NCBI GenBank assembly: GCA_030704615.1
Contig: CM060732.1
Location: 558,001 to 622,000, forward strand
Reading direction: 5' to 3'
From: Takakia lepidozioides
Lineage: Eukaryota; Plantae; Bryophyta
Length of the DNA stretch: 64,000 nucleotides
Under the pieces are notes generated by a model. It worked only from the letters and a program-made list of their open reading frames with translations. It had not been told where the DNA came from and did not search any database. The translations under genes and the position numbers were made by a program. Position 1 is the stretch's first letter, and every line of letters starts with the position of its first letter. Shown one piece after another: positions 25,040 to 39,400 of the stretch.

Positions 25040-27950
25040 GGACGCAAATGCGGCGCCGCATTTCAATCCAGCGGCGATGACAAGAGGAAAAAAAAGGTTA
25101 GGGTTATTGTTCTTCCTCTCTATTCCCCCTGTTGTTGGAAATGCGGCGCCGCATTCCATCTAGCGGGGATGACTAGAGAACAACCAAGAAAAAAAAAAAA
25201 AAAACCAACAGATTTTATTTATTTATTTATTATGTTTCTTCCCCACGGCCCCCCTCCATTTTATTTATTTATTTATTGCCTTTCACCCCTATGGACGCAA
25301 ATGCGGCGCCGCATTTCAATCCAGCGGCGATGAGATGAGGAAAAAAAAAGGTTTGGGTTATTTTTTTCCCCCTTCTACCACCTGTTGTTGGAAATGCGGC
25401 GCCGCATTTCCATCCAGCGGGGATGCCTAAAAAGGGAGGAGGGGGGGGGGGGGGGGGCAAAAAATAAAAATAGAAAATTGTCCCCACCCCTATGGACGGA
25501 AATGCGGCACCGCATTTCAATCCAATGGCGATGACAAGAGGAAAACAAACGGTTAGGATTATTATTTTTTCCTCCTTCTACCCCCTGTTGTTGGAAATGC
25601 GGCGCCGCATTTCCATCCAGCGGGGATGACTACGGGCGGGGGGGGGGGTTAAGGGAATAAAATAAAATAAAATAAAATAAAAAATAAATTATCCCCACCC
25701 CTATGGGCGGAAATGCGGCGATGACAAGAGGGAAAAAAACGGTCAGGGTTATTTTTTTTCCCCCTTCTACCCCCTATTGTTGGAAATGCGGCGCCGCATT
25801 TCCATCCAGCGGGGATGACTACGGGCGCGGGGGTGGGGCAAAAAAAAAAATAAAAAAAAAAATTATCCCCACCTTTATGGGCGGAAATGCGGCGCCGCAT
25901 TTCAATACAACGGCGATGACAAGAGGAAAACAAACGGTTAGGACTATTATTTTTCCCCCTTCTACCCCCTGTTGTTGGAAATGCGGCGCCGCATTTCCAT
26001 CCAGCGAGGATGACTACGGGCGCGGGGGTGGGGGAAAAAATAAAAATAAAAATAAAAATTATCCCCACCTTTATGGGCGGAAATGCAGCGCCGCATTTCA
26101 ATACAGCGGCGATGACAAGAGGGAAAAAAACGGTTAGGGTTATTTTTTTTTCCCCCTTCTATCCCTTGTTGTTCGAAATGCGGCGCCGCATTTCCATCCA
26201 GCGGGGATGACTAGAGGGGGGGGGGGGGGGGGGGGGGGGAAAACAAACAAAAATAAAATAAAAACTTTTTTTGTCCCCACCCCTATGGACGGAAATGCGG
26301 CGCCGCATTTCAATTCAGTGGCGATGACAAGAAAAAATAAAGTTAGGGTTGCTTCCCCCCCCCCCCCCCCCTTCTATCCTCTGTTGTTGGAAATGCGGCG
26401 CTGCATTTCCTTCTAGCAGGGATGACAAGAGAAAAAAAGAAAAGAAAAAAAAGAATAGAAACTGAGAGTTTTTTATTTCTTGTTTTCACCCCCTTTGGAT
26501 GGAAATGCGGCACCGCATTTCAATCTAGCGGCGGTGACTAGAGGAAAAAACAATCAGGGGTTATTCCCCCCCCCCACCCTTGTGGTTGAAAATGCGGCGC
26601 CGCAATTCCCATCCAGCGGGGATGACTAGAGGGAAATAAAAAAAAAACACCGTCAAACGACTTTCAAAGAGCACGGGTGGATGGCAGTCGAGACGGAAAT
26701 GCGGCACCGCTTTTCCGTCCCGACTCGCATCCCCCTTTGCACGATGATCATCATTTGGGGAAAAGAGGTGGGCGGGATGAACCTAGCGACGGAAATGCGC
26801 TGCCGCATTTTTGTCCGGACTGACACCTACCGATCACGGAAATGCGGCACCGCATTTCCATCCGGGTTCCCACTGGACCATGCCTTCCTACCATTGTGGA
26901 TGGAAATGCGGTGCCGCATTTCCATCCAAATTGACACCTAAGCATCCTTGATACATGGTGGGATGATAATCTGGTGCCGCATTTCCGTCCGGCTCCCATT
27001 CCACCATGGATTTTTAACAGTCTGAACGGAAATGCGTTGCCGCATTTTCGTCCGGACTGACACCTAAGCATCCCTTAACACCTGGTGGGACGGAAATGCG
27101 GCGCCGCATTTCCGTCTGGGGTCCCACTGCACCATGCCTTTCTACCATTGTGGATGGAAATGCGGTGCCGCATTTCCGTCCTAACTGACACCTAAGTATC
27201 CTTGATACATGGTGGGATGATAATCCGGTGCCGCATTTCCGTCCGGACTGACACCTAAGCATCCCTTAATACCTGGTGGGACAGAAATGCGGTGCCGCAT
27301 TTCCGTCTGGGCTCCAACTGTACGATCCCTGAACAGGTGGTCGGATAGAAATGCGGTGCCGCATTCCCGTCCAGACATTGCTTTCCCGAGAGTCTGGACG
27401 GAAACGCGCCACTGTTTTTCCGTCCGGACTGATAGTGGACCATCCCTTCCTTTCTGGTGGGACGGAAATGCGGTGCCGCGTTTCTTTCCAGAAGACCACT
27501 TCAGTTTGCGTACTTGGCAGTTGAAGGGAAATGCGGCGCCGCATTTCCGTCCGGATTGTCATTGTACCTTTTCTTAATGACAGCTTCGACGGAATTGCGG
27601 TGCCGCATTCCAGGCCCGCTACCACTTACTTTGGCAGACAGGACAGTGAAACGGAAGTGCGGCACCGCATTCCCGTTGAACTTGCCAAACAACCTTTTCT
27701 TCATGATAGGATGGCCGCAAATCCAGCCATCCAGCTCTACCTTCCTGAGAATGGGGACGGAAATGCGGTGCCGTATTTCCGTCCCAGTGGCCCTCCACGC
27801 TTGCCTTCAGTAAAGAGGGTTCACGAAGGGGACGGAAATGCGGTACCGCATTTACCACTGACTGCCATCCACCCTGGCATCTTTATCCTCTTTCGTGATG
27901 CGGTAGGGAGGTATTCTGATCGAACGGCCACTAATGCCGCACCGCATTCG
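25040..27950. repeat. Expanded array of GGAAATGCGG-NN-CCGCATTTCC palindromes (tandem ~190-240 bp two-palindrome units, then irregular spacers)
   Basis: More than 35 copies visible; homopolymer-rich tandem units at 25040-26630. Confidence 0.95.
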
Positions 27951-28269
27951 GTCTGTTGACTCATAGAGGCTGAAATGGCAGTTGAAGGGGTCATTGCCAA
28001 CACATATTCGGAGGCGGTAATGCCGGACCATTGCATCATCACCTACTGTCCAACAGACACTAGACCTCTATTTCTTCGAATTCAATTTTCCAGTGACGCA
28101 GGGGCCACCTGCCTCACGAGGAGACACGTAGGCCCCGACCTTTCGAATCCATACGGTGCATCTCCGCCGTTTGATGTCATCTTTCGCTGGTGACTCTTTC
28201 ACTGCTCTAACACCCCTTCCAACACCATTCTTTGCCTCATTTCTTCTCTTTAGTTTTTCTTATGTTGCA

Positions 28270-29990
28270 CAGCCTCATAGTGAGGCAGTGGAGGGATCGC
28301 AAGGCTCTGAAGACCCGCAGGACGAAAAGGAGGAAGCTACTGCAGCCCGCACACACCCTCGACCTTCTAGCACGGGTCCTCCTGTCGAGCCTAACCTTGT
28401 GCACTTCATGCTTTGGAAAGGTAAAGGTTTCAAGTCAAAAGCAGCAGAGAACGGGTCCACTTGGCAATTCCTGCCTTTGTGTTTTTGCCTTTGCTGGCAA
28501 GGACCACCACACAACCTTTGTCATCCAATACCATGCGGGCTAGCCCAAACCCTTTCTTCCAAAAGTCCTCTGAAATACTTGCTCCAAGAGGGCACAATAT
28601 CCAGTCCTTCCAGAGGCTCTCCATCTGGAATATCCAAAGATGATCAAATCACATGACCAGTCGGTCCGTTTTCCACGCCTCATGCAATTCTTCCCTTCAC
28701 TTGTCATTGCAAAGAAATCCATCATGGCTACAAATCCTGGAGTGTCTACAGGCTCTTTTGCAGTCGCCTTCCTTAGAGCTTTGGCTTTTAGGCCTTCCAT
28801 TTGCTTGATGTGTGCTAACTTGGCGGCCGGCCGGCCATCCAATGCCCTCAAAAAACTCTCATTCGCACACTGAATCACTGTTTTTGGCTCCAACTTCGGC
28901 CTGCCCTTCATTTCCACTAGCTCGCACGGGTGCCCCCCCGGGAGGTTGAAGAGTGTCTTCTTTGCTGAGTCAGTTTTCACAGCTTTCATAGTAAGAGGGG
29001 TTAGAGGGGATTTTGGTTGGCCACCGAACACTGCATCATCCTTCAGCATTTTTTTGAATTTTGTGTTGCGAGTGTGGCAGTGGGGACCCTAGGCTGCTAA
29101 CTCTTCTGCTGTTGGGCATGCGATCCACCTTCCTCATTCTCAATGGAAACATAGAAGGCGACAGACCCCAGCCAATAGCCTTCTTGGAATGCGAACTTCA
29201 TCTTATTCACATCCCTTGCGAGAGCAAGCCTCACTATCAGGAGGGAGACCATTCGACAGAGTGGAATTCGCAGTGTGCAAGGGAAGACCTTGGTCCTAAG
29301 AACTCTGCCAATGTTGTTGTGAGTCTCCTCCAACATTTGATTCTCTGCACTCTAAAAATCCTCCTGCGACATTTTTGGGGGTGGGGGAAGGGGCTGTTCA
29401 GATGGACCACCCAGAGCCGTGCCTGTATTCTTGGGAATGTAGCCGGGCAGATCACGTGGGAGAATGTAGTCGTCCATACCTCCCCTATTGTCACGAAAGT
29501 CCTATTCCAGGTAGGAGAAGTCGAGCTCCCCATGTTAAGAAACAACACCTTCATCCGCTGAAAGATCGACCAGGACAGGAGTGCTAGAGATCGTCGTCGG
29601 AGCAGCTGCCTGAGCTTTTGCAGAGTTGCCCCCGGTTTCCTTCTGAAACTCCTGCAAGAACTGAGCTTCAACTCGTGGAGGGGTTTTGCTGGAGACTGCT
29701 CTGCCCTTGCTTTCGCCCCCTTCTGCTTCTTACTCTTTGCAAGGGAAGGGGACTCCTCTGTTCTCGTCCGATTCTCCACCGCCCCCGTCTACTTCTTGCT
29801 CTTCGTAGGGGAAGGGGACTGATCTGATGGGGTAGTATATTCCTCAACGACCGCCTGATGCTTCCTGCTCTTTAATTTGCTGGAGAAGGGGACGACCCCA
29901 GTTCTGAAGAAGATGTGGACCTGCATAAACTCAATGGGCCTTCGCTCCAAGGGAAACAAGATAATTACCGTACTGCCAAACAGAAACCGG
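28270..29990. pseudogene. Scrambled ParB-methyltransferase cargo fragments
   Basis: 28270-28450 (+) matches 43090-43260; 28451-~29860 (-) matches 43300-44040 and 46150-46690; 29880+ (+) matches 46700+. Confidence 0.75.
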
Positions 29991-32900
29991 TTGGCATTTG
30001 TAACTGTGGATTGGAATGCGGTGCCAAATTCTACTTATGAATGGGGTCCATTTGATTTCGGCGGCACGGCATCCTTGCAAAGGAATCGCGGACGATGCTG
30101 CAGGAACAGTATTTCAGCACTCAGGAGACTGTGTATGGAGATGAGAATGAGTTTGCAGACGCTGCCCTTCATTGCTTATACTCCACAAGATATTTGATTT
30201 CCCCCCTTACAAGGACTTGCACGAATGAAGATTGGCGGCTCTATGAATGGAGCCGTTTTCAGTTTCCATCTGTGCCATGGAAACCATGCGCCGCTTTTCT
30301 CATCGGACTGTACGTACCCGGTGGAAATAAGGTGCCGCAATTGCTTTCACAGATCCTATGACCGCGGATAAGTACCCTATTCCTGTGGACAATCATTTCT
30401 GAAAAAAATTACTGCTCATGATTTTTTCGGCAGTTACGAGTCTGCTCATGGCTCATGCCGCTTATGGCTCATGGCTCATGAAATAGCAGCCCCCGTCTGG
30501 TGGGGGAGAATGGTGGTTTTGAAATATTTTTTATCTGGGAATTCCAACTCTCTCCAAAGAGGGCGAGTCGGGTGGTTTTGAAGTATTTTTTAGCTTTTTC
30601 TTTTATTTTTCTTTCCTCTCTCCCGGAAGACTTGAACTCTCTCCGAAGAGGGAGAGCCGAAGGGAAATTACTCTTCATCTTTTTCATGTCACCTAAGAGA
30701 GTCGTTGACTCCAAGGGATATCAGTGATACCCCCGTAGGGGGATTGTGCGAACCAGAGATTCTGAGTTCTTTTACACTCGAGGCGAGTGTTCCCCATTGG
30801 TCGCCATATATGTAGATGCATATATTGGTACATATTTCTTTTCAGATCGTTTTTTATCTTAAGGCAGACAGTTTAGGCATTGTACTGCCAAAGCAGGGCA
30901 GTTTGTGAGTTATCTGGGAATCACTGGTAAGGCACGTAGGAATTTAGATTATGTCTGAGACGACCATGGAGGAGCTCTGGCGTCAAAATGACCGTAGGGA
31001 GCGGCATTGTCAGCGAGTTAGGCTGCCAATTCGGTACCAGTAACGACAACATGCACCTGATCGAAACAATACATTGCGACTGTTCCAGTCCCGGATTGCG
31101 ATCTCTCTATTCTCCCGCCTTTCAAGTCCAGTAGGAGCACGCGGCGAGGAGTCTTGGCGATTGGAGGAAACAATCTGTACAGCGATGAAATATCGCGACA
31201 AAGTAAGTGCTGCATCGGAGCAAACGACGGGTGAAGGAGCTTCCCGGCGAAGTTTTGAACTCCTCAACGATGCAAAGTGTGTAGGAGGAAACTCCAAATG
31301 ATCTGTGACCCAGTGGCAGGGCCAAAGACCCCCTGGGGGCACCACCAGTATTTTTACTGCCAGGAAGCGGCAGACTCCCTGTATGGCGAAACCATGGAAA
31401 CCAACCAAAGGTGTGGCTTTTCTTCCCCGATTCCCTTGAGATTTTGTGGGAAACTACGGGGCATCTAATTATAATTTTTCACCAAGTTTGAGGATTTTTA
31501 GAGGTGATGAGAGACGGCATCAAATTATCACGCCGGAGGCAGTTGCGAAAGGCGATTAAATGGAATTCTAGTTTATCCAATGGATGAAATCTGGAAATTC
31601 GACCTGCAAGCTGGAGGGATGAAAAGACAACCTAGCGCCAACCGGTCATCCATTGGATGGATGAAAAACCAGATTTATCATTAACACCAAGGTTTTCCAT
31701 CCGTGGTTATTATTTTATGGTGTTATATTGTTTTTAAATTATAGATGCATGTAGGAAATCATAGTTTAAGAATATCCTTCACTAGTTTAAGAGGCCCCAA
31801 AAACACAATAAAAGAAGAGCAGGCTCCTCTTGTTCTTCAATCTAATCTCATTTCCTTGTTTTGGCCTCTTGCTTGTGTAGTTAGTTTTGAGCTTGAGGGA
31901 GCTAGTTCCTAGAGAGTTGAGCTTGTGGCTCTCTAGTATTAGAAGCAAGCATATTGAGAGCAGGATAGTCCTAGCTCAAGGCCTTGTGGCCATTTGAGGC
32001 AAGAAGTAGAGGAAGCGCTCCATGAAGTGGGAGACTTGAGGACGAGTAGGAGTGCCGGAGGAGGACCAAACTTGAGTACCATTCTACCGAGCAATTTAGT
32101 GCATCCCAAGCACCACTTGTTTCAGAGGGTGACTTACCATACATTCTTGACCTTTGAATTCATTCATTTCATTTGTTGTTCAAGCTTTGTCCAAGGAAAG
32201 GACCTTATAAGCATTGTTTGCTAAAAATCTATAAAAACTAACCCTCTTTCAAAGAGGATGTGTGTGCATCTCTATGTACATGTGTGAAAAGCACATGTGT
32301 GAAGCCCCATGAGACAGGGCCTTAGGAATCTAACCCAATTACGTCATGGAAGTGAGGGTGGATGTCCATTATTATGTTTAAGGAGAGGGCGAGCTTGCAT
32401 GAAGTGGCGAAGCTCTTGTCAAATTTCCCTTTCTAGCTTAGTGGCGACGGCCATATTGCATGAGACGGCAAAGCTATCGCCAAAATTTCCATATTATTAA
32501 GATCATATCTATGATTCATAAGCCCCCTGGCCATAGAGGACCATGGGAGGCGTTGCTAACTAACTTATAAGTGGTTAAGCTATTTTGTAGAGGGCTGCCA
32601 AAAAGGGCAGAGCCCAGCACTTAAGTGCCGGCGCCTTAGGCGCCTTTGGGTTGGAGGTCAACCAAGGAGGTTGCCTAGAATCGCCCATGGAGTGGCGCAT
32701 CTAACACGGGTGGCGCGGCCTGCCCCCGTGGGGGGAGGGGGGGTGCTATTCTGTGAGCCCAGAGGCATGAGCCTGTGAGCCCAGGAAACCGTGAGCCCAG
32801 CACAGGCTCACGCCACTTCAGCATGCATACAAGGCCTATTTCCACGGGTGTCACCTATTACCGCGGGTTGATCAGCCATTTCCAGGGAATGCAGACTGGA

Positions 32901-33456
32901 TGTGATACATCCATTGTATCCATCCTTTCTATCCATTGCATCCATTTAGACGTTATCAACATACCAAGCCCCTGCATTGGAATGTGCCTACGTCGTGAGC
33001 AGGTGCACACTCACATCATCCAAAGCGGATCCTTGCGAAATCTTTTCTTACTCACCACCCTTGCGAACATGCCAGGTATGTGCGGGAGCATCATGGATGC
33101 TCACCAGAATTGAGAATACCTGAACGCTCTTTGATCACGTGGACTTTATCATGATGGATTTACCAAGCATTCTTCTAGCAAGAATGGTTTGGAGACCAAC
33201 GAGCAAATGATGCGAGAATGCTCTACCCGAACCAAAGACGTTTGTTTGTTTTTGCAATGCACACAAGCCTGTGAGCTCCGCAAAACACTAAATAGATTGA
33301 AGGAACAATCCAGGCAGTCCATGCAACCCCCATCTCCAACGATAGTTTGTTCCCATGAATTTGCATCCCATGCACACATTGCAAACATGACAACAAGGAC
33401 ACACAACCATCCCATTTCAAAATTGGCCCCGAATGAAAGCAAAAAAAAACTTCATA

Positions 33457-36400
33457 TCAAGTGTTACAGTCATCAGAATCAGTATCGACCTCCTGTGCTA
33501 TGTCATCCACAAAGATTCTGGCCCCAACACCACGTCTTCTACCACGGCCGTCGATGGTTGGACTGCGAGTGCCATGAATGGACATGCTTGCTGTGAGTGC
33601 CTCCGCATAGACAGGTAGGACGTAAGACTGAGGAGAACTTGAAAGAAGTCCAAAAAGGTGTGATAGCCCTGGAGGGTCAGTGGAAGCACGCGGACTCCTG
33701 CACAAATGGACAAAAACCAATTTTGAACACAATGATGCAATGCACAAGTCCAACGAAGAGGATATCTCCCATGTGCACTTTGCCTTAAGAACAGTAATTC
33801 TGGGTATTGAAACAACAATGCAAGCATCCACAGGTTGAACTTACTCACAGGCAAAGTCGTCATTCAGCTCCTTGTCGGAAGTCTCCCCTGTATCAATATC
33901 AGCGGGTAGGGGCTTCAGAAGGACTTGAGAAGTGTGACCACCCAAACCCATCAGGAGGTTCTTGTAAATCTTGGCATCCCCTTCAATCCCAAAGAGATGT
34001 CGCGCACTGGCCTTGCAAGCGTGGTAGGAGGCACCTGCAGTGGAATACAATGAAGGAAACAGACATTGAAGACACATTTGGAACGGTGGGAAGAGCTGAA
34101 AGTGTAAGGTCAAACAAACCTCACGAAATGTGAATGTTGAAGAGACGAACCTGTGCCCATTGACAAATCCAGAACTCTGGCGTCTATGTAGGTGCAACAC
34201 TCCACAATCGTCTGAATGAAAGCCGGGCTCCTCTCCCTAGCCCCTCTCTAAGGAACCCCATTCCCCCTTTGCAAGCACACGTTGTTGTCCACGTAGTTGT
34301 GGTGCATGTCATCCGTGGGAGGATCTGTCCTCTCGTCTATGAACTTGCCCCCATGAGTGATGGCAAACTCCCTAATGACGGCTGGAGTCGTAGGTGGATG
34401 CACTCGGACGAGACAAACAACTTCAAACAAACGAGTCTGCGAACAGGACATACACAAGGAACTAAGAAGCTTGAAAACCAGGCCCCTACATATTCATTTG
34501 AGCGACTTATGCAACTCCATCCGAGAACCACCAAGAAGAGAAATAAGAAGGCAGATTTACCATCTCTCCAGGACGATCCCCCTTCGTCAGGTACATGCTG
34601 TTCACACAATTCCATGTCTTCACGACCCTCATACCGGAGGCTTTCAAATAGCTGGCAAGTGCACGGCGACAACGAAGGTCGATGGACTGGATGAGCACCA
34701 AAACACCTGCATCGGACAGAAAGAAATTGCAAAAGGAGAAAATCCACCGCCAGTAGCGCTCATCAAAAGCATTCCAACCTGGACAAGCACCCGATGGAGG
34801 GACATCCGGACTGGCAACCCATCAGGGATGTCCAAGATGATGAGTTCGGCTGCATATGGCTTCTCCTTCCCGTTCACCCAGGATTTGGTCATTTTAGCCT
34901 GCAAACAAGCATGCAATGGAATGCTCAAGAGGATTGAAACGATCCATGCACACAACAGACAAGAAGCAAAAGACAACACGCACCGTGCCGAGGAACTCCA
35001 CAATCCTCTCCCACACTGGTGATGGTTCGCCCTTGTAATCAGATTTCTTGGACTCCATCATGGCAAGGAACCCGACGTTGGCCATCTCCAACCTGGTAGG
35101 GCGAATGACCCTCGTGGGATGCTCCACTGCATGGTACGGTCCTTGGGATCAACCACCCCCTTGTTCTTTCTCTCCGGATCCCCTACCATGCGGTGGAGTC
35201 TGCTGGACAACCACCAGAGGGCCAGTATCTGCAACACTTCCTGCCCACCTACCTGCCCTTGTGCCCCTTCCCCCTACCCCTTCCTTTCCCCACACCACCA
35301 GCAACATCCTTTCCCTTTGCCTTTCTACCTTTACCCGGTGTATCCTGAGCGGGAGGCTCCTTCTCTGCAAGAGTCCTCAAATCTCTCTCATGAATGTCGA
35401 GGTCGGCTGTTGCGGCGGTACCTGCTATACGCTCATTCTCTCTCCTCAAAGACACCTCCTGAGCTGGGGTCTCTGAAGCAGGGCAATCCAAATACCAACA
35501 ACAAGCAGAAAGATGGTCTGGGCCCCAGTCAGGCAAGATCCCCGTAGTAAACATGGTCTGGTTGCCAGCAGGGACAAGCCAAAGGTCCACAAAATTAGGA
35601 CGTTTGTCCAAGCAGTTCTCTGCCATGAGAACATACTTTATGTACCTGCAGGAACATAGACAACCTCATTATGCAATGCAAATATTGTCTCCCAGCTTTT
35701 CCACCCCATCACGAAGACCCCCTAAAAGAGTATGCGGCACAGTACACTCCACCACAAACTCATATGAGCCAGCCAAAAACAGGTTGGATGGAGGAGATTG
35801 TGTCTGTGCAAAACAAAGAAGCACAGTCCATTTCGCACATGTAAAGGCATCGTTTCCAGGCTTCCTCTCCTTTCTCTTGCTGATCAAGCTCATTTGTTCA
35901 ACTGATGCCAGCATCCTTGCTGAACTCTCTGAAGAAACAAGATTGCCACACTGTGGCTCTCCATTTCCTCATGTATGCTTGGAAGGAGACCTTCGGTTCT
36001 ATCATGGTGATCCCATAGTCAGCCAGCTGCGTATGTAGAACTGACCGGGCCCTTTCCTCCAACTGCAGACCAATACAGAAGCAAGAATGAACACAAAGAC
36101 AATCACAACCAATGTAACATGGAAAAAGAATGACAGAAAAAGCGAAAAGAAAGTGACACAGCAAAGGACATCATACCTGGCTCCAGTAAGTGGCCTTGTA
36201 AAGCCATGTGTCCAGCACATTGTCACTGACAGGAATGACACACTGGGTCTTCTTCTCTTTCTCCGGCCTGGGGAACATGTGGGTATCCCTAACAGTGGGA
36301 TCGGAGTTCCATATTTGTAGCCACTTCACCTTCTGTTCTGAAGACACAACGGCAGTAGACAACCTGTGTAACTTCTCCTGGGCCATCTCCGGCTTGCCTG

Positions 36401-39400
36401 GCTTGTTGTAATGGTTTTTCACCTCTTGAAGGAACTTTGGTCCGAAGGTTGGGTCTGCAATTCTCAGTTGTTTCACAAAAGCACTCATAATAGTCCTTCT
36501 TGTGGTGGTCATCTCCTTCTGGATGTGACTCTCAACGCCCTTTGCTGTCCTTCTCTCCTCAGGGGTAGAGCTGTAGTATTCCAGTTTGCCACGCTCTCCT
36601 GCATCTGCAATGTCTTGCTGCAAGGGAATGCACGAGAGTTGCATCAACCCAAGGGCAAGGGAAACAAACAGAAACAAACATGTGGAAGCAGGAATATCGA
36701 AAGGCCAGATGATGGAAGATGTATCTCACCGCGTACATATACTCCATGAAAGCCTCACGGGTCAACGAGTACCACGTTTCTAATGTCTTGGAGCTTTCAC
36801 ACTTCTTGTACGTCTCTGCTGAAAGGATGGTCTTGAAGTTGGTCAAGGGCATGTGCCCGATCCTTTGTATCCTGTACAGTGTGTGAATCAGACTCGTTTT
36901 GACATGCGATGTCTCCGTCCCTCTGTAGAATGATGTGTGAAAGTCAGAATGAAATTCAAGGACCGTCAATAGAGGACTGGAACCAAAGAACCACGGAACC
37001 ACAAGTGGAACATGTAGAATGAGAAACCAACCTGTTCACATCATTCATTGCCGTCAGAAGACCCATCATGTTCCAGTCACAATCCAGCACCATCGATCGA
37101 ACATAGTAATGCCACTCTTCCTCCTGTGAGTGCAGCCTCCCAATGACAGCCATCCATGCAAGCAACCGGTGGTTGCCATCCCAAACGTGAAACATCTTCC
37201 CTAAGAATGCCTGGGTGGAAGGTTTCCTGGAGAGAAGAAGTTCGAAGGATTCGTTCACCTGTCTCCAAATGGGATCCCAAGATTCCACGATTGACTCATC
37301 CACAAGGAGCTCATTGCCTCTGGTATCCTTTGTAGAAACGTAAAAGACTGCAATCCATCCAAATACCCATGAACAAACTCGGCCTCCAGCTTCAGGATGT
37401 CCTTGATGAGGGGTGGACGAACGACGGGCATGGAAACCAACCTACACAGGGGAATCTTCAACCTCCCACCCGGGGCAAGCATACTTTGCACCACAAGCTG
37501 AGAGTTTACCTTCTCACCCCCCAGCATCTCAGCAGCTTTGCTTTCATAGAACTCATCGTCCACATCAACAATGATCTCCTTCCCCTGCCCCGAAGGGATC
37601 TCATCCGCCACACTTGGCATCTTCTCCTGTAGAGTTGTTCATTCAAATCGATATAAGAGAGAGGCATGAAACAATGGTGTTTTGAGCATGGCAGACACGC
37701 CCTATGTGGCCCAATTTCTCATTAGAAAACAAGCAGTATGGGGGCCGAAAATACTGTGCGTTGCCGCACAATGTTTCAGCTTCCAAATAGTGGTGTTTTG
37801 AACATGATATTTGGCCCTATGTGGCACATTTCCACAAAAAAAACAGGCAGAGAGGGGGCCAAAAAGGGGGCACAAACAGTGTGCGTTGCGCACACTCTTC
37901 GTGCTACCAACTATGGGTGTTTTGAGCATGCATACTAGCCCTGTTTGGCCCAGTTTCACATAGAAAAACAAGCAGAGAGGGGGCTCAAATAGTGTACGTT
38001 GCCGCACACTGTTTGTGCTTCCAATAAGGATTCGTTTCAACCTGCTAGAGTGGCCCTAGGTGCCCAATTTTCACATCAAAAAACAAGTAGACAAGGGGGC
38101 TCAAACAGTGTGCGTTGCCGCACACTGTTTGAGCTTCCATTTCGGGGTGGATTCAACCTGCTAGAATGGCCTTAGGTGCACAATTTCCATGTCAAAAAAC
38201 AAGCAAATCAAGGGGCTCAAATAGTGTGGGTTGACGCACACTGTTTGGGCTGCCAGGTAAGTGTGAATTCAACCTGACAGAGATGACCTTTGTGGTCGAT
38301 TCTAAAATGAAAAAATAATGTCAAGTGTCGGCTCAAACAGTGTGCAATGCCACACACTATTTGAGCTTCCAAAAAGGGGTGGAATGAACCTTATAGAGAG
38401 GCGACAGTGTGCACGATTTTCACATTCAAGAAACAATTACAAGGGGGGCTCAAACAGTGTGCGTTGACGCACACTGTTTGAGCTGCCAGGTTAGTGTGGA
38501 TTGAACCTCACAGAGTTACCCTGTCTGGACAATTTTATTATGAAAAAAACAATGAGAAGGAAGGCTCAAACAGTGTGCGTTGGCACACACTGTTTGAGCT
38601 ACCAGGAAATTGTTCATTGAATCTCACAGAGATACCCTGTCTGGACGATTTTATTATGAAAAAAACAATGAGAAGGGGGGCTCAAACAGTGTGCGTTGGC
38701 GCACACTGTTTGAGCTTTGAATTAGGGCGGGATTGAACCACACAGAGAGGCCCCTGTGTGCACCAGTTCCACACCAAAAAACAAGGCACAAGGGGGGCTC
38801 AAATAGTGTGCGTTGACGCACGCTGTTTGAGCTTCCAATTCGGGGTGGATTGAACCTGCGAGAGTGACCCTATGTGGCCGTTTTGAACATGAAAAAACAA
38901 GCAAAATGGGGGGCTCAAACAGTGTGCGGTGCCGCACACTGTTTGAGCTTCCAATTTGGGGTGGATTCAACCTGCCAGAGTGGCCCTATGTGGCCATTTT
39001 GAACATGAAAAAACAAGCAAAATGGGGGGCTCAAACCGTGTGCGGTGTCGCACACTGTTTGAGCTTCCAATTCGGGGTGGATTCAACCTGCCATAGTGGC
39101 CCTATGTGGTTGTTTTGAACATGAAAAAACAAGCGAAATGGGGGGCTCAAACAGTGTGCGGTGTCGCACACTATTTGAGCTTCCAATTCGGAGTGGAATG
39201 AACCTACCAGAGTGGCCCTATGTGGCTGATTTTCAAATTTAAAAAAACAATGAGAAGGTGGGCTCAAACAGTGTGCGTTGATGCACAATGTTTGAGCTCC
39301 CAGGTAAGTGTGCATTGAACCTCAAAGACATGCCCTGTGTGGCCGATTTTCATATGTAAAAAACAAAAATACCGTGTTGGCGCACACTGTAGATTGAACC

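Larger units (their letters stand above)
25000..30494. mobile_element. Degenerate, internally deleted and inverted family-B-related copy (B'')
   Basis: Palindrome arrays, cargo-gene fragments, a remnant of the small-gene region (30040-30360) and the B terminus GCTCATGAAATAGCAGCCCCC at 30494. Confidence 0.8.

Noticed and set aside
26690-27950. CRISPR-like look of palindromic repeats with spacers (also 8910-9470, 48140-48985, 55350-56070)
   Set aside because: Spacer lengths are irregular, spacers are often duplicates of each other, there are no cas genes, and the context is eukaryotic TE
30495-32737. Possible LTR or retroelement sequence (PPT-like GGTGGGGGAGAA at ~30499; LTR-like composition at 31750-32330)
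   Set aside because: No second LTR, PBS or coding domain to support a call
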